Positions 39,792 to 51,079 of a DNA stretch of 64,000 nt are shown piece after piece. The stretch comes from an uncultured Sutterellaceae bacterium. Lineage in GTDB: Bacteria; Pseudomonadota; Gammaproteobacteria; Burkholderiales; Burkholderiaceae_F. Within the stretch, counting starts at the first letter, position 1, and the number at the start of each line of letters is the position of its first letter. The translations under genes were made by a program, and so were the position numbers. The stretch spans positions 66 to 64,065 of the forward strand of contig CADBTW010000095.1 of NCBI GenBank assembly GCA_902797695.1, read 5' to 3'. Under the pieces are notes generated by a model. It was not told the origin of the DNA. It worked only from the letters and a program-made list of their open reading frames with translations, and searched no databases.

Positions 39792-41636
39792 ATGATTCCA
39801 GAGTCATTCATCCGGGACCTCCTCGACCGGGTGGACATCGTCGATGTCATCTCCCCGTACGTGACGCTGAAGAAGAAGGGGATCAACTGGTTCGGACTCT
39901 GCCCGTTCCACCACGAGAAGACCGGCTCGTTCTCGGTGAACCAGAACAAGCAGTTCTACAAGTGTTTCGGATGCGGAGCGCACGGGAACGCGATCGGGTT
40001 CCTCATGCAGTACAAGGGGATCTCCTACCCCGAGGCGATCCGGGAGCTCGCGGCGACCTGCGGGCTCCAGGTGCCCGAGGAGAGGGGCGCGAGGGAGCGG
40101 CGCGAGAAGGCTGACTCCCTCTCCGACCTCATGCTCCGCGCCCAGCGGTTCTACGAGAAGGAGTTCGCGGGTTCGGTTCTCGCGCAGCGCTACCTCGCCT
40201 CGCGCCAGATCACGGAGGAGACGCGCTCGAAGTTCGGGCTCGGCTATTCGCCCGAAAGCTGGCAGGCGCTCGAGGCGGTCTTCGGGAAGGACTACACCTC
40301 GAAGAGGCTCGAGGACTGCGGCCTCGTGATCAGCCGCGAGGGCAAGCGCTACGACCGGTTCCGCGGCCGCCTCATGTTCCCGATCCGCAACCCGAGGGGA
40401 CAGGTGATCGGCTTTGGCGCCCGCATCATGGGGGAGGGCGAGCCGAAGTACCTGAACAGCCCGGAAACCGAGATCTTCAAGAAGGGGCACGAGGTCTACG
40501 GGCTCTGGGAAGGTCGCGACGCAGTCCGGAAGGCGGGCCGCGCGATCGTCTGCGAGGGATACATGGACGTGATCCAGCTCTCGCAGGCCGGGTTCCGCGA
40601 GGCCGTGGCGGCGCTCGGCACCGCGATCGGGGAAGCGCACATCCGGAAGCTCTTCAAGATCGTTCCTCTGCTCTACTTCTCGTTCGACGGCGACGCCGCG
40701 GGGCGGCATGCCGCGCGGCGGGCGCTCGAGCAGGCCCTTCCCGTCATCACGGACACCCAGGAGGCGAGGTTCATACTGCTGCCGCCCGAGCACGACCCCG
40801 ACAGCCTCATCAAGGCAGAGGGCCCTGAGGCCTACGAGCGCGAAATCGGGAAGGCGCTCCCCCTCTCCAGGTTCTTCGTCGAGTCCCTCGGGGAAGGAAA
40901 GGACCTCGGGACCCCGGAGGGCCGTTCGAAGTTCATCGCCGAGGCGAAGCCGCTGCTCCTCTCGATGAAGCAGGCCCCCGTGCTGAGGCAGCAGCTCGTG
41001 AACAGCGTTTCGCTCGTCGCCCGGATGGAGCCGCTCGAGCTCTCCTCCCTCATCGGGCTCCCCGTTCCCGCCGCCCCCCGGGCGAAGCCCCTGCAGCCGT
41101 TCTCGCGGCGGGGCCGCGGGGACAGCCCGGCGCCGGGCCGCGGTCCCCGCGGCGGCGCCGTTCCCGTCACCGGCATCCGCGGGAGGATGCTCCGGGCGTT
41201 CCTCGCCTGGCCGTCGCTCCTCGTGGAGTTCGAGCCGGACATCGAGGAGTGCTTTGCCGGGAGCGACGATCCGGCGGAGCGCCGGATCCTTGAAGTGTGG
41301 CGGAAGTGCTCGCCCCTCGCCCACGGCGGGGAGCTTCGCTCCGGGGTTGCCCTCGGGCTCCTCGAGGAGAGCTCGGACATCGGCCTTTACAAAAAGCTGA
41401 TCGACGAGGAAATGTCCGTCCCGACCCCGAAGGACCAGGCACGGGAGGAGATCCGGACCGGGTTCCTGAAGATTGCCCTCGACTCGGTCCAGGCGAGGAT
41501 GCAGCAGGCCGCAGCCGCCGATCCCTTCGACGCGGACTACTACGAGGGACTTGCGAAGAGGCAGTCCCAGCTTCGTGCGGAGCTCGACCGCATGAATGCG
41601 AGGCCGCTTCCCCGCTATTTGGGTGAAGTGCGCTAA
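39792..41636 (+). CDS. dnaG: DNA primase
   Basis: Zinc ribbon CPFHHEKTGSFSVNQNKQFYKCFGCGAHGN and TOPRIM motifs (VCEGYMDV, SFDGDAAG). Confidence 0.97.
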   Translation: MIPESFIRDLLDRVDIVDVISPYVTLKKKGINWFGLCPFHHEKTGSFSVNQNKQFYKCFGCGAHGNAIGFLMQYKGISYPEAIRELAATCGLQVPEERGARERREKADSLSDLMLRAQRFYEKEFAGSVLAQRYLASRQITEETRSKFGLGYSPESWQALEAVFGKDYTSKRLEDCGLVISREGKRYDRFRGRLMFPIRNPRGQVIGFGARIMGEGEPKYLNSPETEIFKKGHEVYGLWEGRDAVRKAGRAIVCEGYMDVIQLSQAGFREAVAALGTAIGEAHIRKLFKIVPLLYFSFDGDAAGRHAARRALEQALPVITDTQEARFILLPPEHDPDSLIKAEGPEAYEREIGKALPLSRFFVESLGEGKDLGTPEGRSKFIAEAKPLLLSMKQAPVLRQQLVNSVSLVARMEPLELSSLIGLPVPAAPRAKPLQPFSRRGRGDSPAPGRGPRGGAVPVTGIRGRMLRAFLAWPSLLVEFEPDIEECFAGSDDPAERRILEVWRKCSPLAHGGELRSGVALGLLEESSDIGLYKKLIDEEMSVPTPKDQAREEIRTGFLKIALDSVQARMQQAAAADPFDADYYEGLAKRQSQLRAELDRMNARPLPRYLGEVR

Positions 41637-42005
41637 TACTCGTGAATATGGGAATTGTCAAGGGTCTTGTGCTATCATTTTGACCGATTGAGCCTGCAGG
41701 AAGCCTAGTTCAGCTTCCGCGCAGGGACGGCCAGGAGACGCCTTTATGTCGGAGCCGTCGGTTGATACCTTGACTTACCAGGCTGTACCTGGTGCGGTGC
41801 GCAGATCCCTCGGAGAGCGTAAGGGCTCCCGGAAGCGAAAGATCGCCGTCATATGCGGCAGCGCCGCCGGATGCCTGGATGCAGGGGCGTCTGCGAGCCG
41901 GACAAGGCTGTCCGGTCCGCATCTCGTGCCAGGGCACCTCCCCCGGGTTTCAGCCCGCGTGCGGAGGGCCGTCCCTTTGCGCCCTCGGAAAGAATTGGAA
42001 TTGAA

Positions 42006-44213
<2,208 letters not shown>

Positions 44214-44461
44214 GGTTCCTCGGTTTGTCAATCAGGGTTAGGAGGGTGAGGGTTGTGCCCACAGCCTTCCGTGCTTAGATTAAGCTCTCCTAGCCTGACC
44301 GCTGGAGTCTCTTCTCGGAAGGGATCCGAATTTTCTAGTTCCTCGCGGCAGCTGCTCCGCCGGGCCGTCTTCCCTCTTGTGGGATGAGGCCCCGGACCGC
44401 AAAGCGCGCGCCGCCCGGAATCCCCGGGCTTCCAGTAAAGGCCGGGGAACGTAAATGCTGG

Positions 44462-46702
44462 ATGTTTCAATTGGCTAAGCGACAAGAAAACACTGAAGAA
44501 TTGACTGCTGCCGAAGGGCCTGCCGCCGGAAAGACCGCCGCCAAGGCGGCCCCGGCGAAGAAAGCCCCGGCCCGCCGCAAGGCCGCGCCGAAGAAGGCCT
44601 CAGAAGCCCCGGCCCGCAGCAAGCCTGCCGCGAAGAAGGCCGCGGCGAAGCCGAAGGCCGCACCGAAGCCAAAGGCGGCATCGAAGACAAAGGCCGCGCC
44701 GAAGCCCAAGGCTGCTGCGAAGCCGAAGAAGGCGGCCGCAGGGGCTTCTTCCGAAGCCGAGGAGTTCGATGACGGCTCCGTACTTGATGCCGACAGCCTG
44801 ATCGCCGAGTCTGATCAGGACCTTGAGGACGACGAGGAGAACGAGTTTGAGGAAGCCGAGAAGAGCGCTTCCCAGGCCAGTTCCGGCCTTGCCTCGTCCG
44901 AGGAGTTCACGCAGTGCTACAAGGCCCTCGTCAAGCTCGGCCGCCAGCGCGGCTGGATTTCGGTCGAGGACATCAATGACCTGCTGCCTGAGAGCGCGGA
45001 CTCGAACGAGGAGCTGGTTTCCGACATTTCCGAGCAGATCGCGATCCTTGGCATCCAGGTGTTCGACCAGGCGCCGGACAGCGACGACATCATCCTCGCC
45101 TCCGTCACGAACGACAGCCGCGACGACATCGACGAGGACGACGCGGCAGAGATGCTCTCCCCGGAGGAGAGCGCCGGCCTTTCCCGCGATCCCCTCCGGG
45201 CGTACCTGCGCGGGGTCGGAACCCACAAGCTCCTCACGCGCGAGGAGGAGATCGAAGTCGCGAAGCAGATCGAGTCCTACACCCAGAAGCTCGTCTCGGT
45301 GCTCGCCGGCTTCCCCTTCGTGATGGACAAGCTCCTCGAGGTCCGCAGGCAGCTCGAGGAAGGCGAGGTGACGATTGACAACGTCGCCGACGGCTTCAAC
45401 GAGGCCGAGGGCGAAGCGGTGTCCGTCGAAGAGGGCCAGGGCGGGGGCGACATCGGCGCCGCCGGCATGAGCACGGACCAGCTCGAGGCGATGAAGAGCC
45501 GCGTGATCTCGATCATCAGCGAGTGCGAGGGGCACTACGCCCTCGTGAAGCAGTATTTCCCCGATCCGGAGCAGCACACGGCATACAACCGCGAAAGGCG
45601 CTCCGTCGTGAAGAAGCTCTCCGTGATCCGCTTCTCCGGCAAGATCGTCTCCATGCTTTCCGACCTCGTCACCGAGCACATGTCCCAGGTGAACAAGCAG
45701 CTGTCGCGCATGCGCCGCACGGCCGTGGACGACTGCGGGATTCCGGTCGAGAAGTTCCTGAAGGAGTTCGAGCAGCGGGCGACCGATCCCGAGTGGTTCC
45801 CGTCGATCGCCGCGGAAGGCGCCGCGTACTCCGCGCGCGTCCAGCGCCAGATCCCGGTCCTGCAGTCGATGCAGGAGGAGCTACGGGCCGAGGAGCGCGA
45901 GTCGAGCATCACGATCGCCGAGCAGCGCGAGCTCGCGAAGTCCGTGAAGATCGCGCAGAACAACCTTTCCGCCGCGAAGAGCAAGATGATCGAGGCGAAC
46001 CTGCGGCTCGTGATCTCGATCGCGAAGTCCTACGTGAACCGCGGCCTCGCGATGACCGACCTCATCCAGGAAGGAAACCTCGGCCTCATGAAGGCGGTCG
46101 ACAAGTTCGAATACCGCCGCGGCTACAAGTTCTCTACCTACGCGACCTGGTGGGTGAAGCAGTCGGTCACCCGGGCGGTGGCGGACTACGGCGCGACGAT
46201 TCGCGTCCCGGTCCACATGACCGAGTCCTACAACAAGCTTCGCCGCATCAAGCAGCGCTACCTCCAGACGCACGACGGGAAGGCGCCGACCGACTCCGAG
46301 CTCGCGAAGCTTGGCGACATGCCGCTCTCGAAGGTGCACCTCCTCATGAACGCGATGCGCGGCGTCGAGTCGATCGACGCCCCGATCGGGGACGACGACG
46401 ACGCGACGAAGCTCGACTTCGTGAGGGGGAGCGATGACGCGGACCCGCAGCGCCGCTACATGGAGACCGCGATGAGCGACGAGATCATCCGCTCGCTCGA
46501 CGACCTCACGGCGCGCGAGGCCTCCGTGATCCGCCTTCGCTACGGGATCGGCTCGAACCGCGACCACACGCTCGAGGAGGTCGGCAAGGCGCTCGGCCTC
46601 ACCCGCGAACGTGTCCGCCAGATCGAGTCCGCCGCGCTCCGCAAGCTCCGCAGCAACGCCGCCAAGGCAAGGCTGAAGGACTACAAGGATTTCGACGAGT
46701 AG
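44462..46702 (+). CDS. second full-length RpoD-like (group 1/2) sigma factor with Lys/Ala/Pro-rich N-terminal tail
   Basis: Region 1.1 (YKALVKLGRQRGWISVEDINDLLPE), region 1.2, a long non-conserved region, region 2 (YATWWVKQSVTRAVADYGATIRVPVHM) and region 4.2 (TLEEVGKALGLTRERVRQIESAALRKLR). About 80 aa of AKKA/KPKAA repeats lie in frame at the N-terminus. ATG 44384 is an alternative start. Confidence 0.9.
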   Translation: MFQLAKRQENTEELTAAEGPAAGKTAAKAAPAKKAPARRKAAPKKASEAPARSKPAAKKAAAKPKAAPKPKAASKTKAAPKPKAAAKPKKAAAGASSEAEEFDDGSVLDADSLIAESDQDLEDDEENEFEEAEKSASQASSGLASSEEFTQCYKALVKLGRQRGWISVEDINDLLPESADSNEELVSDISEQIAILGIQVFDQAPDSDDIILASVTNDSRDDIDEDDAAEMLSPEESAGLSRDPLRAYLRGVGTHKLLTREEEIEVAKQIESYTQKLVSVLAGFPFVMDKLLEVRRQLEEGEVTIDNVADGFNEAEGEAVSVEEGQGGGDIGAAGMSTDQLEAMKSRVISIISECEGHYALVKQYFPDPEQHTAYNRERRSVVKKLSVIRFSGKIVSMLSDLVTEHMSQVNKQLSRMRRTAVDDCGIPVEKFLKEFEQRATDPEWFPSIAAEGAAYSARVQRQIPVLQSMQEELRAEERESSITIAEQRELAKSVKIAQNNLSAAKSKMIEANLRLVISIAKSYVNRGLAMTDLIQEGNLGLMKAVDKFEYRRGYKFSTYATWWVKQSVTRAVADYGATIRVPVHMTESYNKLRRIKQRYLQTHDGKAPTDSELAKLGDMPLSKVHLLMNAMRGVESIDAPIGDDDDATKLDFVRGSDDADPQRRYMETAMSDEIIRSLDDLTAREASVIRLRYGIGSNRDHTLEEVGKALGLTRERVRQIESAALRKLRSNAAKARLKDYKDFDE

Positions 46703-46787
46703 GAAGCGCGCCGGAATCGAATTCCGTTACAATACATCCTTCCGCCGTCCGCCCGGAGTGCCAAAACCGCTCCGGGCGGCTGGCAAA

Positions 46788-46864
<77 letters not shown>

Positions 46865-46992
46865 CTGCAGCCGCGGGAACGGGGCGAGTCCCTCCCGCGG
46901 GCTCTTTCCGCCGTTGGCGCCCGAGATGCCTCAGGAGGGGCCCGGGCGCGATCCGGCCCCACGCTTACGGGCTGTACAGAATTTAATCGGCT

Positions 46993-48423
46993 ATGACAGA
47001 ACCCCAGGACTTTTCCTCCTTCAATCTTGATCCCCGCATCCAGGAAGCCATCAGGGCAATGGGCTATGTGACGCCCACCCCGATCCAGCAGAAGGCGATT
47101 CCCCTCGTCCTTGCCGGGCTCGACGTGATGGGCGCGGCCCAGACGGGAACCGGGAAGACGGCGGGATACGGTCTTCCGCTCCTGCAGCGGATCCTGCCGA
47201 AGGCGAACACGAGCGCGTCCCCCGCCCGGCATCCGGTCAGGGCGCTGATCCTCGCTCCGACCCGCGAGCTCGCGGACCAGGTGAACGAGAACCTCACCGA
47301 GTACGCTTCCCGCACGCCGCTTCACGTGGGGGTCGTCTTTGGCGGCGTGGACATCAAGCCGCAGACCGCGATGCTCCGCCGGGGCGTCGAGGTGCTGACC
47401 GCGACCCCGGGGCGCCTTCTCGACCACATCGAGCAGCGCGCGGTCTCGCTCTCCCAGGTCGAGGTCGTCGTGCTCGACGAGGCCGACCGGATGCTCGACA
47501 TGGGGTTCCTTCCGGACATCTCCCGGATCCTCAACCTCATTCCGAAGAACGTCCAGAGCCTGATGTTCTCCGCGACGTTCTCCCCTGAGATCAAGAAGCT
47601 CGCGAAGCAGTTCCTCAAGGACCCGAAGCTCGTCGAGGTGGCGCGCCAGAACGCTACGGCGGACACGATCACCCAGGAGCTCTACGAAGTCGGCGGCGGC
47701 AGCAAGGTTCCGGCGCTGATCGAGGTTCTCCGCAACCACGGGGAGGACGGAGGGCCGATGCGCCAGGTGCTTGTTTTCGTGAACGCGAAGATGACCTGCC
47801 GCCGACTCACCCGGATGCTTGAGCACGCCGGGATCGCGGCGGACTCGATCCACGGCGACAAGACCCAGGACGAGCGCCTGAAGGCGCTTGAAGGGTTCAA
47901 GGCGGGGACTTCCAGCGTTCTCGTCGCGACTGACGTCGCGGCCCGCGGCCTCGACATCGCGGAGCTTCCCTACGTGATCAACTTCGACGTGCCGTTCGCG
48001 GCCGAGGACTACGTGCACCGCATTGGCCGTACGGGCCGCGCGGGCTCGAAGGGCCTCGCCATGACGCTCGCGACGAAGGACGACGACCGGCTGGTCGACG
48101 CGGTGGAGAAGCTGACGAAGCAGAAGTTCGAGCGCAGGACGCTCGAAGTGCGGCCCTCGGACCGCCCGGTGTCCCGCGGTGGCCGCAGGTATGGCCGCGA
48201 CCGGGGCGAGACGAAGGCCTATACCTACACGCCGCCGAAGCGCCAGGCCGAGGACCCGCTCTTCGACCACCCGTACGTCGAAAGCGGCAGCGCCTCCTGG
48301 GCGGGCTCTTCGCCCAAGAAGGCCGAGGCGCCTCGGAGCAGCCTTTCCGGGTTCTCCTCGCGCCGGGGCGAGTCCGGGAAGCACGTCTGCTCGCTGCTCG
48401 GAGGCGGGTTCCGCCGCGGCTAG
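46993..48423 (+). CDS. rhlE: DEAD-box ATP-dependent RNA helicase (RhlE-like)
   Basis: Q-motif region, AQTGTGKT, DEAD, SAT and HRIGRTGRAG, with a basic C-terminal tail. Confidence 0.93.
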   Translation: MTEPQDFSSFNLDPRIQEAIRAMGYVTPTPIQQKAIPLVLAGLDVMGAAQTGTGKTAGYGLPLLQRILPKANTSASPARHPVRALILAPTRELADQVNENLTEYASRTPLHVGVVFGGVDIKPQTAMLRRGVEVLTATPGRLLDHIEQRAVSLSQVEVVVLDEADRMLDMGFLPDISRILNLIPKNVQSLMFSATFSPEIKKLAKQFLKDPKLVEVARQNATADTITQELYEVGGGSKVPALIEVLRNHGEDGGPMRQVLVFVNAKMTCRRLTRMLEHAGIAADSIHGDKTQDERLKALEGFKAGTSSVLVATDVAARGLDIAELPYVINFDVPFAAEDYVHRIGRTGRAGSKGLAMTLATKDDDRLVDAVEKLTKQKFERRTLEVRPSDRPVSRGGRRYGRDRGETKAYTYTPPKRQAEDPLFDHPYVESGSASWAGSSPKKAEAPRSSLSGFSSRRGESGKHVCSLLGGGFRRG

Positions 48424-48497
48424 GGCGCCCCGGGTTCTCCGGCGCGCCCTTCTCCGGCCTTGCCGGGGCCCTTAAAATAAACAAATTCCTGCATTCC

Positions 48498-48536
48498 GTG
48501 CCGGCTGGGACCGACGAAGCCCATTCCGGCACTTTT
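48498..48536 (+). terminator. probable terminator after the helicase gene
   Basis: Stem GTGCCGG...CCGGCAC with inner TGGG/CCCA, followed by TTTTATT. Confidence 0.55.
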
Positions 48537-48546
48537 ATTGGACAGC

Positions 48547-49962
48547 ATGAAAGACATGACAGAAGTTCGCACTCGCATTGCTCCCAGCCCGACCGGCATG
48601 ATGCACCTCGGGACCGCCCGCACGGCGATCTACTGCTGGGCGGTGGCCCGACATTTCGGCGGCAAGTTCCTGCTACGCATCGAGGACACGGACCGGGAGC
48701 GCTCGACCGACGAAGCGACCCAGGTGATCCTCGACTCCATGAAGTGGCTGAACCTCGACTACGACAACCAGGGCGAGGTCGTCTACCAGATGAAGCGCCT
48801 GCCGAGGTACAAGGAAGTTGCGGACGAGCTTCTCGCGAAGGGCCTCGCCTACTGGGACTACTGCACGAAGGAAGAGCTCGACGCGATGCGCGAGGAGCAG
48901 CGCGCGAGGGGGGAGAAGCCCCGCTACGACGGACGCTGGAGGCCGGACCGCGCTGCGGCCCTTGGCCTCGTGAAGCCCGAGGGCGTGAAGCCGGTGCTTC
49001 GGTTCCGCAACCCTGACGACGGCGAAGTGACCTGGAACGACGCGGTCTACGGCACGATCACCGTCGCGAACAAGGAGCTCGACGACCTGATCATCATGCG
49101 CGCGGACGGCATCCCGACCTACAACTTCGCGGTCGTTGTCGACGACGCCGACATGAAGATCACGCACGTGATCCGCGGTGCCGACCACATCAACAACACG
49201 CCCCGCCAGATCAACCTCTACCGAGCCCTCGGCCTTGAGCCCCCGGTCTTCGGGCACCTCCCCCTCATCAACGGGCCGGACGGCAAGAAGCTCTCCAAGC
49301 GCCACGGCTCCGTCGCGGTCACCGAGTACCAGAAGGCCGGGTACCTGCCCGAGGCGATCTTCAACTACCTCGCCCGGCTCGGCTGGGGCCACGGGAACAT
49401 GGAGAAGTTCTCTCGCGACGAGCTCGCGCGCGTGTTCGACCTCTCGGACTGCTCGAGGGCCGCTGCCCGCATGGACTTCAAGAAGCTCGCCTGGCTGAAC
49501 GGCCAGTACATGAAGGAGGCTGACGACTCGAGGCTCGCTTCCCTCGTGAAGGACCGGATCGAGGCCCGCAGGGGCGATCTCGCGAAGGCGCCGCTCGACA
49601 AGGTCTGCGGCCTGCTGAAGAGCCGCGCCCAGACGCTTGAGGAGCTAGCTGACTCCGCGATGGTCTTCTACGGGCCGTACCAGCCCGTTGCCGAGGACAT
49701 CGCGAAGTCGCTCGAGAACGGCGGCCGCGAGGCGCTCGCGCTCGCTGTCTCGAAGCTCGAGGCGCTTTCCGACTGGAAGGCCCCGGAAATCTACGCGGCC
49801 CTCAAGGCGGTCTGCGAAGAGCAGGGCGTGAAGTTCGGCGTCGTCGCATCCCCTGTTCGCGTGATCGGCGTCGCGGCGAAGAAAGTGCCGCAGATCGATC
49901 AAACCCTTGAAATCATTGGCCGTGAAACGGTTCTTGAACGACTGAAGGCCGCTCTCGCCTGA
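48547..49962 (+). CDS. gltX: glutamate--tRNA ligase
   Basis: RIAPSPTGMMHLG (HIGH-type) and KLSKRHG (KMSKS-type). Starts at 48538 (TTG) and 48556 (ATG) are also possible. Confidence 0.96.
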   Translation: MKDMTEVRTRIAPSPTGMMHLGTARTAIYCWAVARHFGGKFLLRIEDTDRERSTDEATQVILDSMKWLNLDYDNQGEVVYQMKRLPRYKEVADELLAKGLAYWDYCTKEELDAMREEQRARGEKPRYDGRWRPDRAAALGLVKPEGVKPVLRFRNPDDGEVTWNDAVYGTITVANKELDDLIIMRADGIPTYNFAVVVDDADMKITHVIRGADHINNTPRQINLYRALGLEPPVFGHLPLINGPDGKKLSKRHGSVAVTEYQKAGYLPEAIFNYLARLGWGHGNMEKFSRDELARVFDLSDCSRAAARMDFKKLAWLNGQYMKEADDSRLASLVKDRIEARRGDLAKAPLDKVCGLLKSRAQTLEELADSAMVFYGPYQPVAEDIAKSLENGGREALALAVSKLEALSDWKAPEIYAALKAVCEEQGVKFGVVASPVRVIGVAAKKVPQIDQTLEIIGRETVLERLKAALA

Positions 49963-50067
49963 TGGAGGGGGAAAAGGCTGGGAGACGGGACTTGCATTTT
50001 TCCAAGGAATGATGGATAATACTGTCTCTCAGCTGATGGATGCTTTGAAGTCCATCGGGAGTGTTAA

Positions 50068-50143
50068 GTCCCTATCGTCTAGAGGCCTAGGACATGACCC
50101 TCTCACGGTTAGAACTTGGGTTCGAATCCCAATGGGGACGCCA
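50068..50143 (+). tRNA. tRNA-Glu (anticodon CUC)
   Basis: Nearly collinear with E. coli tRNA-Glu (GTCCC.TCGTCTAGAGGCC.AGGAC...GGTTCGAATCCC...GGGGACGCCA). Anticodon stem TGACC/GGTTA with loop CTCTCAC. Confidence 0.93.
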
Positions 50144-50176
50144 TCCTTTCCAAGGATGAGTCAGTGAGAAAAGAGA

Positions 50177-50201
50177 AGCTCGCGCAATGCGGGCTTTTTT
50201 T
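50177..50201 (+). terminator. intrinsic terminator after tRNA-Glu
   Basis: 7-bp stem AGCTCGC/GCGGGCT with one G-U pair and loop GCAAT, followed by 7 T. Confidence 0.7.
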
Positions 50202-50273
50202 GTGCCTGGACGAAACCCGCCGCGCCTGAACAGCAAGGAAGGCCTGCCGACTTGGTCTGTTTTTCCTGACAAG

Positions 50274-50303
50274 AAAAAAGCCGCCCCTGCGGGCGGCTTT
50301 TTT
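50274..50303. terminator. bidirectional intrinsic terminator
   Basis: AAAAAA-GCCGCCC-CTGC-GGGCGGC-TTTTTT. It can serve the gltX/tRNA unit on the plus strand and the Ala/Lys-rich protein gene on the minus strand. Confidence 0.8.
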
Positions 50304-50388
50304 CTTATGGGACCGCGGCGGTTCCGGATGAAAGGGGCGAGGTACTGTTTCCCTGCCCTTCCCTTTGGCGCGGTCCGGAAGGCCGGAA

Positions 50389-50709
50389 TTAGTTGGCCTT
50401 CTTCTCGACGGCGGCGGCAGCGTCAGCAGCCTTCGTCTCAGCCTTCGCTTCGGCCTTCTGCGCGGCCTTCTTCGGGGCGGCCTTCGCAGCCTTCTTCGCG
50501 GAAGCCTTCTTCGCGGCGGCCTTCTTGGCGGCCTTCTTCGGGGCAGCCTTCACGGCCTTCTTGGCGGCGGCCGGAGCGGCAGCGGCGGTGGAAGCGGCGG
50601 CGGCAGCGTCAGCGGCGGCGGCGGCAGGAGCGTCGGCAGCGATCGCGGAAGCGGAGAAAGCGCCTGCGGCGATCATGGAAGCAACGAGGGCGATGTTCTT
50701 GATAGACAT
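50389..50709 (-). CDS. small secreted Ala/Lys-rich (histone H1-like composition) protein
   Basis: MSIKNIALVASMIAAGAFSASAIA signal-peptide-like N-terminus followed by about 80 aa of A/K repeats (AAKKAVKAAPKKAAKKAAAKKASAKKAAKAAPKKAA). Start trimmed to ATG 50709. Confidence 0.75.
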   Translation of the reverse strand: MSIKNIALVASMIAAGAFSASAIAADAPAAAAADAAAAASTAAAAPAAAKKAVKAAPKKAAKKAAAKKASAKKAAKAAPKKAAQKAEAKAETKAADAAAAVEKKAN

Positions 50710-51020
50710 TTGAATAAGTCCTAATAGAAATTTATAGCGAAAAATCGCGGAATTCGTTTGATTTTTACATCGAATTCGCTTCTCGCAGAACTGAATTCTA
50801 GGCGCGCCGCCAGGGAAGGAACTAGGGACAAGTACCACCGGGGGATCGGGCAAACACGTGATACCTAAATTTGCCTTAACCGCCCAATTTGCAAGAGAAA
50901 ATTTTCATTACTTCCGTTTTTTTCAGGAATTCCCTTCGGAATCAATGCATCAGGCTGGCGCTGTCGGACGCGATCTCCCGCCCGTTCGCCCAAGTGGGCC
51001 TGAATTGTTATAAAACTTTG

Positions 51021-51058
51021 CAAAAAAATATCCCGGGCGGCTTGCGGCTCGCCCGGGA
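51021..51058 (-). terminator. terminator after the ABC transporter operon
   Basis: 9-bp stem TCCCGGGCG/CGCCCGGGA. On the minus strand it is followed by TATTTTTTT. Confidence 0.7.
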
Positions 51059-51079
51059 CGGCTGCGGCAAGCGGCGGCC

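Noticed and set aside
44540-44720. Repetitive AAGGCCGC/CCGAAGCC units (possible VNTR) at the 5' end of the second sigma gene
   Set aside because: The units are irregular and in-frame codon repeats for the K/A/P tail. It is not a discrete non-coding repeat array, and it is reported as part of the sigma finding instead.
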